Shown here piece by piece: positions 15,666-25,495 of a stretch of 64,000 bases of DNA. This DNA comes from a virus, in IMG/VR virus record IMGVR_UViG_3300033182_000538, positions 32,001 through 96,000 of that record. The stretch is one strand, 5' to 3'. Each line of letters opens with the position of its first letter. Within the stretch, counting starts at the first letter, position 1. Both the position numbers and the translations under genes were made by a program. A model generated the notes under the pieces. It saw only the letters and a list, made by a program, of their open reading frames with translations. It was not told where the DNA came from and ran no database searches.

Positions 15666-16070
15666 TCATATTGTTTCTGATATTAATTTTTTAAACTTCG
15701 TGGTTGACCATCCGTGGTCTCGATTCAAATAATGAATTGGAATATTTAATTCGAAGCCGGTGTATGTCTTACCTTTGTAATCATCCCCCAAGAATCTAAT
15801 ATCAGGCGATGTTGATTTCAACAAATCTAACAAGTCAGTTTCATAGGTATAGGTTTGTACACCATCGATATACTTTATAGATTCTAAGATTTCAATTCTT
15901 TCACCCACACTTAGTATTGGTTTGAGTTTGTGTGGTCTTTCGATAGATGGGTCGGTATGTAGTAGTACGATAAATTGATTACAATAATCTTTACACTCCT
16001 TAAACATCTTTATGTAGCCAGGATGAATCACATCAAAGTTTCCAGCTATAACTCCCTTTTTATACATCAT
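15666..16070 (-). CDS. Cytidylyltransferase (TagD/RfaE-like HIGH family)
   Basis: GNFDVIHPGY, ERIEILESIKYID, GDDYK and WSTT motifs. Confidence 0.85.
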   Translation of the reverse strand: MMYKKGVIAGNFDVIHPGYIKMFKECKDYCNQFIVLLHTDPSIERPHKLKPILSVGERIEILESIKYIDGVQTYTYETDLLDLLKSTSPDIRFLGDDYKGKTYTGFELNIPIHYLNRDHGWSTTKFKKLISETI

Positions 16071-16639
16071 TTTAAAAACGCCATTATATCGTAGTAGAAT
16101 TCCTCACAATGATATCCGTTAGACATTAAGTAATTTCGGATTTCATCTTTTCTACCACTATGTTTATGTTCTATTTTAATAATCTTTGGTTGAATTTCTT
16201 TGAGGTCGATTTGTTTGAGGACTTCCCAATCGTGACCTTCAGTATCAATCTTTAGATAATCGATGTGGTTGATATCACACATATCAATAAGAGTTTCCCA
16301 AGTAATTGTTGGAACTTCAATTTTGTATGTGTGAACGGGCTTACCCTCATCATCCAAGAGCTCACCACCAGCTACACTACCATTATGGATGTCACGATAA
16401 AATGATGACATACCTTTGTAGTCGTTACTAATCTCGTGATATTCATCGGGACAAATCCACAAGTCTCGGTGACCATTCTTTGTATCAATCGCTGCGTTTA
16501 CATAATCAATACTTGGATGTTGCTCCAATCTATCTAAATATCTTTTTACAGGTTCTACAATAACTCCTCTCCAACCATCGTAATACAAATGATTCAGAGT
16601 CCCAAAATCACAAGAACCTATTTCTACAAATGTCTTCAA
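16067..16639 (-). CDS. FkbM-family methyltransferase
   Basis: FVEIGS, GVIVEP and IDYLKIDTEGHD motifs. Confidence 0.85.
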   Translation of the reverse strand: MKTFVEIGSCDFGTLNHLYYDGWRGVIVEPVKRYLDRLEQHPSIDYVNAAIDTKNGHRDLWICPDEYHEISNDYKGMSSFYRDIHNGSVAGGELLDDEGKPVHTYKIEVPTITWETLIDMCDINHIDYLKIDTEGHDWEVLKQIDLKEIQPKIIKIEHKHSGRKDEIRNYLMSNGYHCEEFYYDIMAFLK

Positions 16640-16797
16640 TATCTATCGTGTTACTTAAAAAATTTTTCGTGTGTCAAAAGGGAACTGGCGTTCCCCCCCT
16701 TTTCCCCTTAATGCCTTAATTCCTTGATATAGGACTTTAACCAATTCGCCTGTTGGGTTGTGGGACAATTTTAACTTTATGTCTCTATGTAAAGCTT

Positions 16798-17001
16798 TCA
16801 TTTGTTTATCCAACTCTTTATAAAGTTAAACCAAAATACAAAAGTAAATATGGGCCAGAGAAAAATCATTATGATTCTAAGGGGTGTTGTAAATTGGATT
16901 TTGTTTTCCATACCCCCTTCGATTCGTTTGTCCACGAAATCCAATACCCACTCGATAATGAATATGTTTATCGTTCCGTACATAAGATATAACCAAATCA
17001 T
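16798..17001 (-). CDS. Small membrane protein
   Basis: Two hydrophobic segments and a WP motif; ATGA overlap with the upstream gene. Confidence 0.5.
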   Translation of the reverse strand: MIWLYLMYGTINIFIIEWVLDFVDKRIEGGMENKIQFTTPLRIIMIFLWPIFTFVFWFNFIKSWINK

Positions 17002-17447
17002 TTAACAATCTTTTTATATTCGGATTCTGACATCATAACTATCTCCTCGTATTCCCATTCGTTGAAGGGTAACTCAAGATGAACTTTATTTGCGTAATAG
17101 TCTAATATAAGGTCTTCTATACTATGTGACTTTAATAAGTCTGATATAGTAGGTTCTCCTACATCTATGTTAAATACTTCTAATTGTTCTGAAGTAATGT
17201 TGAATACCTCTGAATGTATAATAGAGTCACCGGAGTTGTAGAAGGTGATGATTCCTTGGAATGAATCTTTGATGTCACCAAATTTTTCATCACCACCACC
17301 TCGTTTTAGAATCTCTTGTTCATAGATTTGTTCTTGCCAATCCACAAATTCTTTGGATGATAAGAACTTATCCCACTCTTTACATTCCTCATCGGACATA
17401 ATAAAGAGTTCGGTATTGTCTCTATCTAACATTGATTTGTAATTCAT
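16998..17447 (-). CDS. Acidic hypothetical protein
   Basis: ORF on the coding strand. Confidence 0.55.
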   Translation of the reverse strand: MNYKSMLDRDNTELFIMSDEECKEWDKFLSSKEFVDWQEQIYEQEILKRGGGDEKFGDIKDSFQGIITFYNSGDSIIHSEVFNITSEQLEVFNIDVGEPTISDLLKSHSIEDLILDYYANKVHLELPFNEWEYEEIVMMSESEYKKIVK

Positions 17448-17621
17448 ATTAGTCGATGTATTGTTCAGTTACTATCTTGAAAGCTTTCTCATATGCTTCT
17501 ACTTTCCCCATACGAGGATTAGAACCCATAATTTTTCTTGCTTCATTCAGAACCTCAATCCGTAAACCAAACGAATGAGACTCCATTAAGATTTCTTCAA
17601 TTTGTTCTTCTTGTGTCATAG

Positions 17622-18008
17622 TTATTCCTTGTCTTTGTTTCTTAGACTAAACCAGTTAGATATAGATATTGTAGTTAATGTAATTAACATCATCCCAATA
17701 AGATATCCCAATCCAACATAATCACCAAGCGATTCGTGTTGTGATGTTATATATATTGAAAATCCACCAACAGCGAACAACCAAACAAATGGCCAGATAA
17801 AGAATGGTATTTTGTTTACCACCTTGCTTACTTGAACAACCCTACCATCGTGTACTACTCTTGATAGAGCATCTTGTAAGTCTTTCCCATAAGCTGGGAT
17901 TGTTTCTTGTGTACCATCTTCATTAAGAAGAGTTACTTCGTACTTCATCCAATTAGGAAAAGTTTCTGAGTCTTTACGATACGTTACGTTAATTACTTTC
18001 TTTTTCAT
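17622..18008 (-). CDS. Membrane protein
   Basis: Soluble N-terminus and two C-terminal TM helices. Confidence 0.6.
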   Translation of the reverse strand: MKKKVINVTYRKDSETFPNWMKYEVTLLNEDGTQETIPAYGKDLQDALSRVVHDGRVVQVSKVVNKIPFFIWPFVWLFAVGGFSIYITSQHESLGDYVGLGYLIGMMLITLTTISISNWFSLRNKDKE

Positions 18009-18013
18009 ATCAC

Positions 18014-18901
18014 TTAATTGTTTAATGTCGCTTTTAATGTTGGGTGATGATTATAATCAGTTAGTTCATAATCAAATTCACCACCTAAAATATCTACATT
18101 GGATACCTTCAATTCAGGAAGTTCATATCCAACTCTATTGATTTGCTCTTTAGCTACTTCAATATGATTGTTATATATATGACAATCTCCAAGATTACCA
18201 ATCAGTTGACCTGGCTTATATCCAGTTTCTTCACATAGTAGTAAAAGTAATGTGCCATATGATGCGATATTAAATGGTAGACCAAGGAATACATCCACAC
18301 TTCTTTGATTCCACATCAACGATAATTCATCACCATCAACATAACATTGAAACGAATAGTGACACGGAGGTAGAGTCATTCGTGGTAGGTCTTCTACATT
18401 CCAAGCAGAAACTAAATGTCTCCTTGAATCAGGATTAGTTTTCAATCCAATAATCAAATCATTAATCTGGTCGATGTATCCCTTGTTACCCCAACTTCTC
18501 CATTGTTTTCCGTAAATGGGCCCAAGGTGTCCGTGATGATACCACATCGGGTCGTTTTGTACTTTATCAATAAATTCTTTTTTAGATAGAGGTACATCAA
18601 TACCTTTTGACTTTTCTTTGTCAAAGTATGCTTTGTATGCATCACCATCCCATATGTGACAATTGTTATCCAACAAGTATTGGATAGAAGAGTCACCCTT
18701 TAGAAACCACTTGAGTTCAGTCATCATAGTTTTGACTGCCATCTTCTTTGTGGTTAATAGAGGAAACCCATCACACATACAATGTCTAAACTGATATCCG
18801 AAGATTGATTTAGTTCCTACGCCAGTTCTATCAGTTTTATCAGAACCAAGCTCAAGGATGTTTTGTATTAGTGTTGCATATTGTGAATCTACTCTATTCA
18901 T
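18014..18901 (-). CDS. thyA: Thymidylate synthase
   Basis: DRTGVGT, FPLLTTKK, LGPIYGKQWR, PDSRR, LPPCH and QRSVDVFLGLPFN motifs. Confidence 0.97.
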   Translation of the reverse strand: MNRVDSQYATLIQNILELGSDKTDRTGVGTKSIFGYQFRHCMCDGFPLLTTKKMAVKTMMTELKWFLKGDSSIQYLLDNNCHIWDGDAYKAYFDKEKSKGIDVPLSKKEFIDKVQNDPMWYHHGHLGPIYGKQWRSWGNKGYIDQINDLIIGLKTNPDSRRHLVSAWNVEDLPRMTLPPCHYSFQCYVDGDELSLMWNQRSVDVFLGLPFNIASYGTLLLLLCEETGYKPGQLIGNLGDCHIYNNHIEVAKEQINRVGYELPELKVSNVDILGGEFDYELTDYNHHPTLKATLNN

Positions 18902-19337
18902 TTATTGTCCTTTGTCATTTTATAATATAGATGTATCTCCCATAGTATAAGAATAGTACCAACGATTACCCATTCAAGAATTTGTAGTGTTTTCATTTCT
19001 CTTTAGTGTTAAAAATTATAGAGTAAGGTGTGAGGACTTTCTTTATTCCAAAAAATGGGTGGTTCTCCTCAAGCATTTGCAACTGCTCTTTACATATCAT
19101 ACCAACAAGTTTTGCCTTACTCATTTCTCTTTTGTTTTTGAAATAATATTACCATCATCATCAACCTCTGGTGCTATATGAATCTCATAAGCAATCCACA
19201 GCCATAAAACAAGTAATATGCCTACAACTATTTTTACCATCTTTAAAATTTACCCCAACCAGTTTTACCACTAAGATACAACTCAGTTGATAGTTTAAGA
19301 CCTAACCAACAATCCTTAAAAAACTTTTTTATCTTTT

Positions 19338-19571
19338 TCATTCTACTGCGTATAAGTCTACGTTATTCTCATTCATAATACGATTGAATTCTTCTCTTAC
19401 CTCTTCAAGTGCATCATATTTCTCTTGACTCATTTCATCAGGAGCATATTTGATTTGTGCTCGTAAGTATTGGCTCATCTGCCAACAAACGCATTTCCAA
19501 TCACTGCCTTGAAGTGCAGCGTTGAATTCGGGTCGGTCTTCAGGTAGATTGAATTCTAAGATTGCTTTCAT
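19338..19571 (-). CDS. Hypothetical protein
   Basis: MKAILEFNLPED start, typical of small phage proteins. Confidence 0.6.
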   Translation of the reverse strand: MKAILEFNLPEDRPEFNAALQGSDWKCVCWQMSQYLRAQIKYAPDEMSQEKYDALEEVREEFNRIMNENNVDLYAVE

Positions 19572-19731
19572 TTCTCTTTGGTGTTTTCATTTCTCTCTCT
19601 TGTTTCTATTATTTCCTTAACTACTTTCATCACATCGTAAGATTCACTCTTAGTTAAAAAATATCCACTTTTAGAATGGAATGTATTACGAATCATCTCA
19701 TAGATTTCACAACCACCATCTTTTAACTTAC

Positions 19732-20130
19732 TCATTTCTCTATAACTATTTCGTACCCATTTTTGTTAGGGATAAATCCATTTACCTTACCTTCCATTTC
19801 AAAGAAAGACATATCAGCACCCTTACTGATATACGGGCCACCACTTGGGTCTACCATTGTAATGGTATTCCAATCAGAGTATACCAACTCACGATATGCT
19901 TCAGCAATCTTTGACCATTTACGAGTTTCCACATCGTAGTGGTGAACTTCCTTAATGAACTCTTTCATAGATAGTGTACCACCATCTTTCTTGTATTCAT
20001 TGTATGCATCATCATACACATTAGCAACTCCAAAGCGACAATTTTTAAAATTACCACTCCATTGGATGTTACCTTTCTCATTGTATTCAAACGTGAATAC
20101 ATCATTGTATCGGTTGATAAACTGTTTCAT
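19732..20130 (-). CDS. Hypothetical protein
   Basis: ORF behind a sigmaA-like promoter (20149-20181); MVDPSGGPYI motif. Confidence 0.6.
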   Translation of the reverse strand: MKQFINRYNDVFTFEYNEKGNIQWSGNFKNCRFGVANVYDDAYNEYKKDGGTLSMKEFIKEVHHYDVETRKWSKIAEAYRELVYSDWNTITMVDPSGGPYISKGADMSFFEMEGKVNGFIPNKNGYEIVIEK

Positions 20131-20338
20131 TTCTCTTTTATATTATATTACAATATACAAAAAATAATTTACATTTCCAAATTTGAATATTGTTTAAATC
20201 CAATAACTTTCACAGGCCCTGCCACCTTGAGTCTCCTCTTGTCAATAGCCAGTTTAGTTAGGTCTAACAATTCAACATCGGTTTCGTTGTCCAACCACTC
20301 GGTGAACAACTTTGTCAGTAGTTTTCTTTTTAACTTAT

Positions 20339-20830
20339 TCATATAACTTGTTTTGCGTATTTCTTGATTTCAGAACTTGAAAGTGAAGCCCCCAACCTTG
20401 GGTCTTTTTGTGCTTTCTTGTTGTGGAACGCCTTCTTGAGTTTAGGTACAAGACACGTTAACACATCATCACACGACATCTTCCAACACTCGACAATACC
20501 TGTACTATCAAATCTAGCGATGTAGTGATTCTTATACTTACCTATCTTTTCGTTGTGGAGGTAATTCAATTGTTCTTCCCAAGTGTTGTGAACTGATATA
20601 CCATTATACGTTCCACTAATTCTTTTACCAATCGTGGATTTGTATTCACACTCACCATCTTCATCAATACCATCAGCTCCACTTAGTGTGTCAGAAACTT
20701 TGTGACCAAGTTCAACGGCCATCAAAATCTCTCTACTCCTTGCGTATGAGAATGGGTCACCCCATCCACCTTCTGAACAGGCCTCCATCATAAGACCCCA
20801 TCCTTGTTTAAATTTCTCTGCTGTTGTCAT
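20339..20830 (-). CDS. Putative PD-(D/E)xK nuclease, restriction-endonuclease-like
   Basis: RE...GH...GADGIDEDGECEYKST fits the D-x(n)-E-x-K catalytic core. Confidence 0.5.
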   Translation of the reverse strand: MTTAEKFKQGWGLMMEACSEGGWGDPFSYARSREILMAVELGHKVSDTLSGADGIDEDGECEYKSTIGKRISGTYNGISVHNTWEEQLNYLHNEKIGKYKNHYIARFDSTGIVECWKMSCDDVLTCLVPKLKKAFHNKKAQKDPRLGASLSSSEIKKYAKQVI

Positions 20831-20833
20831 ATA

Positions 20834-21220
20834 TTAAATAAACAATTTATAATCCGATTCAGCCTTTATAGCTGCAACCTCATATGGGTGGTCGTTGTAA
20901 TTGTAACCCATATTGTAATATCTCTTGAACCAACTCGGACTTTGTAAGTAGTGTTGGTATTCGTGAATCAAGGTTTCGATAATCATCTTTCTACTTTTCA
21001 TCTGAGGCCAGTAGATAGTGATTTCGTTCATCATCCAACAATACTCACCGTCACAAGAATCCTCCTCACCTTGAGCACCTTCCTCACCAGAATACTTTTC
21101 GTAAATGTTCTTGTGTAACTCAATATAAGGAGTACACTCTTGAAACTTTGAGAATCCGTAGTGTTCTTCTATCTTCGGAAGAACCTCGTTAACTATCTCT
21201 TGAACTTTTGATTTTGTCAT
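20834..21220 (-). CDS. HExxH zinc metallopeptidase-like protein
   Basis: TLIHEYQHYLQ...HPYEVAA motif. Confidence 0.7.
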   Translation of the reverse strand: MTKSKVQEIVNEVLPKIEEHYGFSKFQECTPYIELHKNIYEKYSGEEGAQGEEDSCDGEYCWMMNEITIYWPQMKSRKMIIETLIHEYQHYLQSPSWFKRYYNMGYNYNDHPYEVAAIKAESDYKLFI

Positions 21221-21297
21221 ATCTCTTAATCTTACAGTACTAAAGTACGAATAATTTTTGATACTTCCAAATTTTTAATGTTAAGAAATTGTTAAAT
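21218..21297 (-). repeat. TTAACA-box promoter repeat
   Basis: About 80 bp, differing from 10544..10623 at two positions. Confidence 0.85.
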
Positions 21298-21458
21298 TTT
21301 TAGGACACATAGATAATACTACTACCTGAAAGAACTCATTGTAGTTATCTTTTAAGTTGTAACACTTTTCTTGTGCTTCTTCTAACTCGGTGTAGATGTG
21401 ACTGTTAACTAACTTATAATCCTTATCTACTATTTGATATACACTTTCCATATTAATT

Positions 21459-21767
21459 TTACTTTAAGTATGAGGGGCCGTAGAAACCCCATTGGTCAGT
21501 ACCTTTAAAGATATTACCTCTACTATGTTTAGCGGGAGCGTTCCAACCGGCAGCCATTAATAAATCTCCCATAGAAATAGGACAACCTTTAAGAACTCCA
21601 TCTTTCATAGAGACAAATCCCCATACTGAAGTTCCATCGATAATCTTAACATACTTCTGCCCCTTCTTAAAAGTTAGGGGTTGATACTCGGTGTGTGTGA
21701 AATTACTATCCCAATACACTTTTCTTTTTTGGTTGACTTCATCCAACCACTTTTCAAATTGTGTCAT
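21459..21767 (-). CDS. Conserved-type phage early protein
   Basis: GQKYVKI...SVWGFV...GDLLMAAGWNAPAKHSRGNIF motif, recalled from large phages. Confidence 0.65.
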   Translation of the reverse strand: MTQFEKWLDEVNQKRKVYWDSNFTHTEYQPLTFKKGQKYVKIIDGTSVWGFVSMKDGVLKGCPISMGDLLMAAGWNAPAKHSRGNIFKGTDQWGFYGPSYLK

Positions 21768-21944
21768 ATTAATATACTATAAAATCAATTAATTCTTCTC
21801 CGATACCCACTCCATTCTTAGTGACCTCATAATTAGGGTCAGCGCCTGACTGAAGAACATAGTCAGTAAGTTCATCAATAGAATTGAAACTTTCGTTGAA
21901 GTGGGGATTATTTAGTGAATACATATCTTTTGTTTTTCTCATCA

Positions 21945-22030
21945 TTACATAGTAAATGTAGTGATAATATTTTTAATAAACAAATTTTTAATGTTAAATT
22001 TATGTTAAATTTATCAACAAGTTATTAACA
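21945..22030 (-). promoter_or_regulatory. TTAACA-box promoter with two adjacent DnaA-box-like 9-mers
   Basis: tgttaa at 21992 and 22003; TTATCAACA at 22011 and TTATTAACA at 22022. Confidence 0.55.
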
Positions 22031-22032
22031 CT

Positions 22033-22800
22033 TTAATCTTTGATTTCTCGTGAAGAACGGCTGTTTGATGTACTTGAACCCCTATTGATGTTACCTCTAT
22101 TGGGCACGGATGGGGGTGATACCCTATTTGAACGACTGTTGATGGTATTAGAGTTATTGTTGTTATTTATTGGATTTCCTCTAACTCCCCTATTTATTTC
22201 ATTTGAATTAAAATCAGGTCGTGAAATAAAATCAGTATCTCTTGGATTCACTCGTGTGTTATTGAAATTTATGTTACGATTTGGATTTGGGTATCTTCTG
22301 ATTTTTCGTTTCTCAGAGATGTTATCTTCTATATTACTATTAACATCAAACAATCGAGAACCTCTCCTACCATTGACCCTAACTATGTCTATGTCGCTAT
22401 TAAGAGGCGAAAATGTAACCCATTGATAATGAGATGGATAGAAATTTAACCAAGGTCTATACCAACTATTATGATACCACCAAGGTCGATGATACCACCA
22501 ATTATAGTTCCAAGACCAATCGCTCCACATCCAATTTGGAGAAAAATATAAATCAAATCTATTGTAAGGTCTCCAATACCAAGACATTGGCTGAGATAGT
22601 ACATAGGTTTCATAGTCCCATCTAAATCTAAAATCGTTTTTAAACTTCCATCTCAGTTCTGATAATGTGGTGATGGTCTCTACTTTTTCGTGAGTACGAT
22701 ATATAGAATCTATGTGACCTGTATGATTTAAAGTACTATACTGCCATTGTACACCACAACTTGTGAGGATAAAAAACACTATAAATAAAATATACCTCAT
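22033..22800 (-). CDS. Lipoprotein with W/Y-rich middle and N/R/S-rich disordered tail
   Basis: Signal peptide II with lipobox LTSC. Confidence 0.7.
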   Translation of the reverse strand: MRYILFIVFFILTSCGVQWQYSTLNHTGHIDSIYRTHEKVETITTLSELRWKFKNDFRFRWDYETYVLSQPMSWYWRPYNRFDLYFSPNWMWSDWSWNYNWWYHRPWWYHNSWYRPWLNFYPSHYQWVTFSPLNSDIDIVRVNGRRGSRLFDVNSNIEDNISEKRKIRRYPNPNRNINFNNTRVNPRDTDFISRPDFNSNEINRGVRGNPINNNNNSNTINSRSNRVSPPSVPNRGNINRGSSTSNSRSSREIKD

Positions 22801-22818
22801 ATACTAATATATATTATT

Positions 22819-23214
22819 ATGAAGAGAATAACACTAATACTACTCCTTTTACTCTATATACCTACACAAGGACAAACAAACTCTTATAATCCTACTATAC
22901 TATTACAAGAAGAAGATAAACAATTACACTTTGGAGCTGGTATGTTATCAGCAAGTATAGGATATCATCTATCATATAAGAAACATAAGAATAAGAAGAG
23001 GGCTCTTATCACAGGCATTTGTACAGCCTTCGCCACAGGGGTAGCAAAGGAACTCTTCGATGGAGGTATACAAAATGAATATGTAGACCCAAGAGATATA
23101 TGGGCAACTACATTAGGGGGTATGGGTATATCAGTAACCATTCCCATTCTCCAACCAAAAAAAATTCGATATAGAAAATTAGATAAATGGAATGGTGGTT
23201 ACGATTATAACTAA
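22819..23214 (+). CDS. YfiM/DUF2279-like membrane protein (only credible + strand gene)
   Basis: Signal peptide; EDKQLHFGAG, GVAKELFD and DIWATTLGG motifs; no overlap with minus-strand genes. Confidence 0.7.
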   Translation: MKRITLILLLLLYIPTQGQTNSYNPTILLQEEDKQLHFGAGMLSASIGYHLSYKKHKNKKRALITGICTAFATGVAKELFDGGIQNEYVDPRDIWATTLGGMGISVTIPILQPKKIRYRKLDKWNGGYDYN

Positions 23215-23477
23215 AAAGGTAGATTATCTACTTGTACTCTATACCAAGTATCGTACAACCGCTTAAACACATCCCTATATAGAGAGGGTAACTTATCATC
23301 CATCATAAAGGTCATAGGTGGAACAATATTGTCGTGATTACAATGTATGTACACTCGTGTCAAGGTACTATTAGAAGTTACCTCAACAGGTACTCCCTTG
23401 TAGTGTCCAAGGTAAGTATTATCCTTAGATGTAGATTGTGTCATCCTAATTAAGGCTTTCCATTCTTGTGTAGTCAT
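23211..23477 (-). CDS. Hypothetical protein
   Basis: ORF; N-terminus QEWKALIRM resembles that of the neighbouring gene. Confidence 0.5.
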   Translation of the reverse strand: MTTQEWKALIRMTQSTSKDNTYLGHYKGVPVEVTSNSTLTRVYIHCNHDNIVPPMTFMMDDKLPSLYRDVFKRLYDTWYRVQVDNLPF

Positions 23478-23514
23478 AAAAAAAGTGAAATAAAAACAAA
23501 TTAGCTAAATACTA

Positions 23515-23754
23515 CTATATAGACATATACTCATTGTACATATAACGAAGATAAGTTAAATCTGTATTAGAAGGAGGAACATCCTTCTTTAAGGTTACTA
23601 TATGAGTAGGGTACTCTAACTCATAGTGGGAAGATACTTTACTTAACCTAACCTTCCCTATACTCAAAGATACATCTAAACTCCCATTAAGCCCTACCAT
23701 TCTTCGTAAAGCTTCCCATTGTTTGTCAGTCCAATACAAATATTCTTTCTTCAT
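23515..23754 (-). CDS. Hypothetical protein
   Basis: ORF behind a sigmaA-like promoter (23761-23792). Confidence 0.5.
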   Translation of the reverse strand: MKKEYLYWTDKQWEALRRMVGLNGSLDVSLSIGKVRLSKVSSHYELEYPTHIVTLKKDVPPSNTDLTYLRYMYNEYMSI

Positions 23755-24014
23755 AGAATTACAATATACAAAATTCCTTACACATAACCAAATGTAGCTA
23801 AATAAATTTCAGCGCCATCGTGATTTCACGAGCGTGGAGGGGAGTTTCCCTAAGAGAGAAAAACCGGGCTCCGCATATAAATCGACCACAGCCCACCGTA
23901 ACTTATTGATAACCAGTGGATTACACTAAAATGCCCCACCCCCCCTGCGCGAGTATCTTTCATCGCCTATAACGGCTTATGGGGGGTTTCGGGCGGTTTA
24001 GTCTCTTCCCCTAC

Positions 24015-24212
24015 CTAATAGGTGGGATGCCCTAAGGCATTGGGGGTGTAGGGGGTTTGGGATTCCTTCACAACTTGTCTGGCGGTGAAGTACGCCAGTT
24101 TTTTAATGGCAAACTCGGCCTGTTCCAACTGACCCTCGTTGATGAACTTGTTCACCTTGTACTGCCAGTACTGAATCTTAGGGAGATACCCCTGTGGATA
24201 CTTCTTACTCAT
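24015..24212 (-). CDS. Hypothetical protein
   Basis: ORF downstream of the LPD29-like gene. Confidence 0.55.
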   Translation of the reverse strand: MSKKYPQGYLPKIQYWQYKVNKFINEGQLEQAEFAIKKLAYFTARQVVKESQTPYTPNALGHPTY

Positions 24213-24239
24213 ATACTATATAATTTAGCTATTTAATTT

Positions 24240-24815
24240 TTATTTCACTTCAATTCCTAATCCCTCCAAGATAACCTTGGCTCTTTCTGGGTTCTTCTTA
24301 GTACTACTATCAGTATAGTACTTAACCACTTCAGAGAACTCACGACCCTCACTAATCACCTCATAGAGGATAGCTTCCACCGTACCGAACTTAGCTCGGT
24401 TGTTTACATTCACATACTTAACACCGGCTTGAATCTCGTTTCCGTTGTCAGACACCGCTCCGGATGACTCATAGCTCTCGTAGATGTCGAACATTCCGTT
24501 GAACTTACCATACTCCCATTGGTGGGCGAATCGGTTAATATTGTCGTAAATGTCTTGAGCGATGGGGTTACCCAATTTGTCGTGGACATAAACATCAAGA
24601 GAGTTACCACCACTAAAGGAGGATGAACTCACCTTACATACTACATTAGGATAATTCTTCTTAACAAATTGTTTCACCAAAGACCCAGCATCAGCGTGAC
24701 TGATGTAGATATACTTACCTTGTTTACCACTCCAAGAGGAGTAGTTACGAACACACTTGTCAGACAACTCGTAGATTTCACCACCGAGGGCGATTTGGAT
24801 TTTTTTGTTCTTCAT
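24240..24815 (-). CDS. LPD29-like (large polyvalent protein domain) protein, paralog 1
   Basis: SSFSGGNSLDVYV...WEYGKFNGMFDIYE...KYVNVNNR. Start trimmed to lie downstream of the promoter repeat. Confidence 0.6.
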   Translation of the reverse strand: MKNKKIQIALGGEIYELSDKCVRNYSSWSGKQGKYIYISHADAGSLVKQFVKKNYPNVVCKVSSSSFSGGNSLDVYVHDKLGNPIAQDIYDNINRFAHQWEYGKFNGMFDIYESYESSGAVSDNGNEIQAGVKYVNVNNRAKFGTVEAILYEVISEGREFSEVVKYYTDSSTKKNPERAKVILEGLGIEVK

Positions 24816-24834
24816 AACTTTCATATTTCTCATT

Positions 24835-24900
24835 CTTACACTACTAAAGTACGAATAATTTTCCACATATACAAGCCTTTAATGTTAAATAATTGTTAAA
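24835..24900 (-). promoter_or_regulatory. TTAACA-box promoter repeat
   Basis: cttacactactaaagtacgaataat...taatgttaaataattgttaaa. Confidence 0.75.
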
Positions 24901-24991
24901 TATCACCATCGTACAGCCCAACGGTGGTGGGGGTTCGCACGGCTTTTTGTGCTCCATAAGCTCTTTTTTTTATATAAACAGCACTCCCACG

Positions 24992-25064
24992 ATACTAATA
25001 TACGACAATATATGCAACCAGCCAAAAAAAGTATGTTAAATTTATGTTAAATTTTTGTTAAATT
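24992..25064 (-). promoter_or_regulatory. Triple TTAACA-box promoter with no ORF directly downstream
   Basis: tatgttaaatt-tatgttaaatt-tttgttaaatt plus TTCG-like/TATATTAG elements on the minus strand. Confidence 0.55.
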
Positions 25065-25089
25065 TTAGCTCTCAGGCCTGTTACAAATG

Positions 25090-25160
25090 TGACATCGTGT
25101 CAGGTTTTGTGTTACAATTGTAACCAAAAAAAGTTATCCACAAAGGGCTGTTAATAACTT
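25090..25160. other. Palindrome and DnaA-box cluster (candidate origin-like site)
   Basis: TGACA-tcg-TGTCA at 25090, GTTACAATTGTAAC palindrome at 25111, perfect TTATCCACA at 25134 facing TGTTAATAA at 25149. Confidence 0.4.
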
Positions 25161-25470
25161 CTCTGTCAGAAATTTTGCTTTTCCGCGCAAAAAACGTATG
25201 AGCCCTCCCCAATTTCTAGCTATACCTTATCACCCCCCTAATCCCTTTGTGTGTTTGTGTTAATTGTGGTAAAATTAAACCTTTGTGAGATTCGGTGGAT
25301 TCTTTGACCCTTACGGCTAGATTCCAATAATGGTAAACAAGGTGTTGTAGTGTATTAATAGTGTGGTGTTTTACTGTAAAGTGGTAAAAGGTGGGAGAAA
25401 ATGGGGGAAATAACACCCGATTTGTGGGGATTCGGAGGGATACGGAGGGCTGAAGGAAGATTTAAAGCAT

Positions 25471-25495
25471 AAAAAAGCCCTCGTGGTGAGGGCTT
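25471..25495 (-). terminator. Rho-independent terminator
   Basis: Minus strand AAGCCCTC-accac-GAGGGCTT-TTTT. Confidence 0.7.

Noticed and set aside
18014-18901. Intron in thyA, or a dCMP hydroxymethylase-type specificity change
   Set aside because: The ORF is continuous and keeps the dUMP-specifying Asn in GLPFN.
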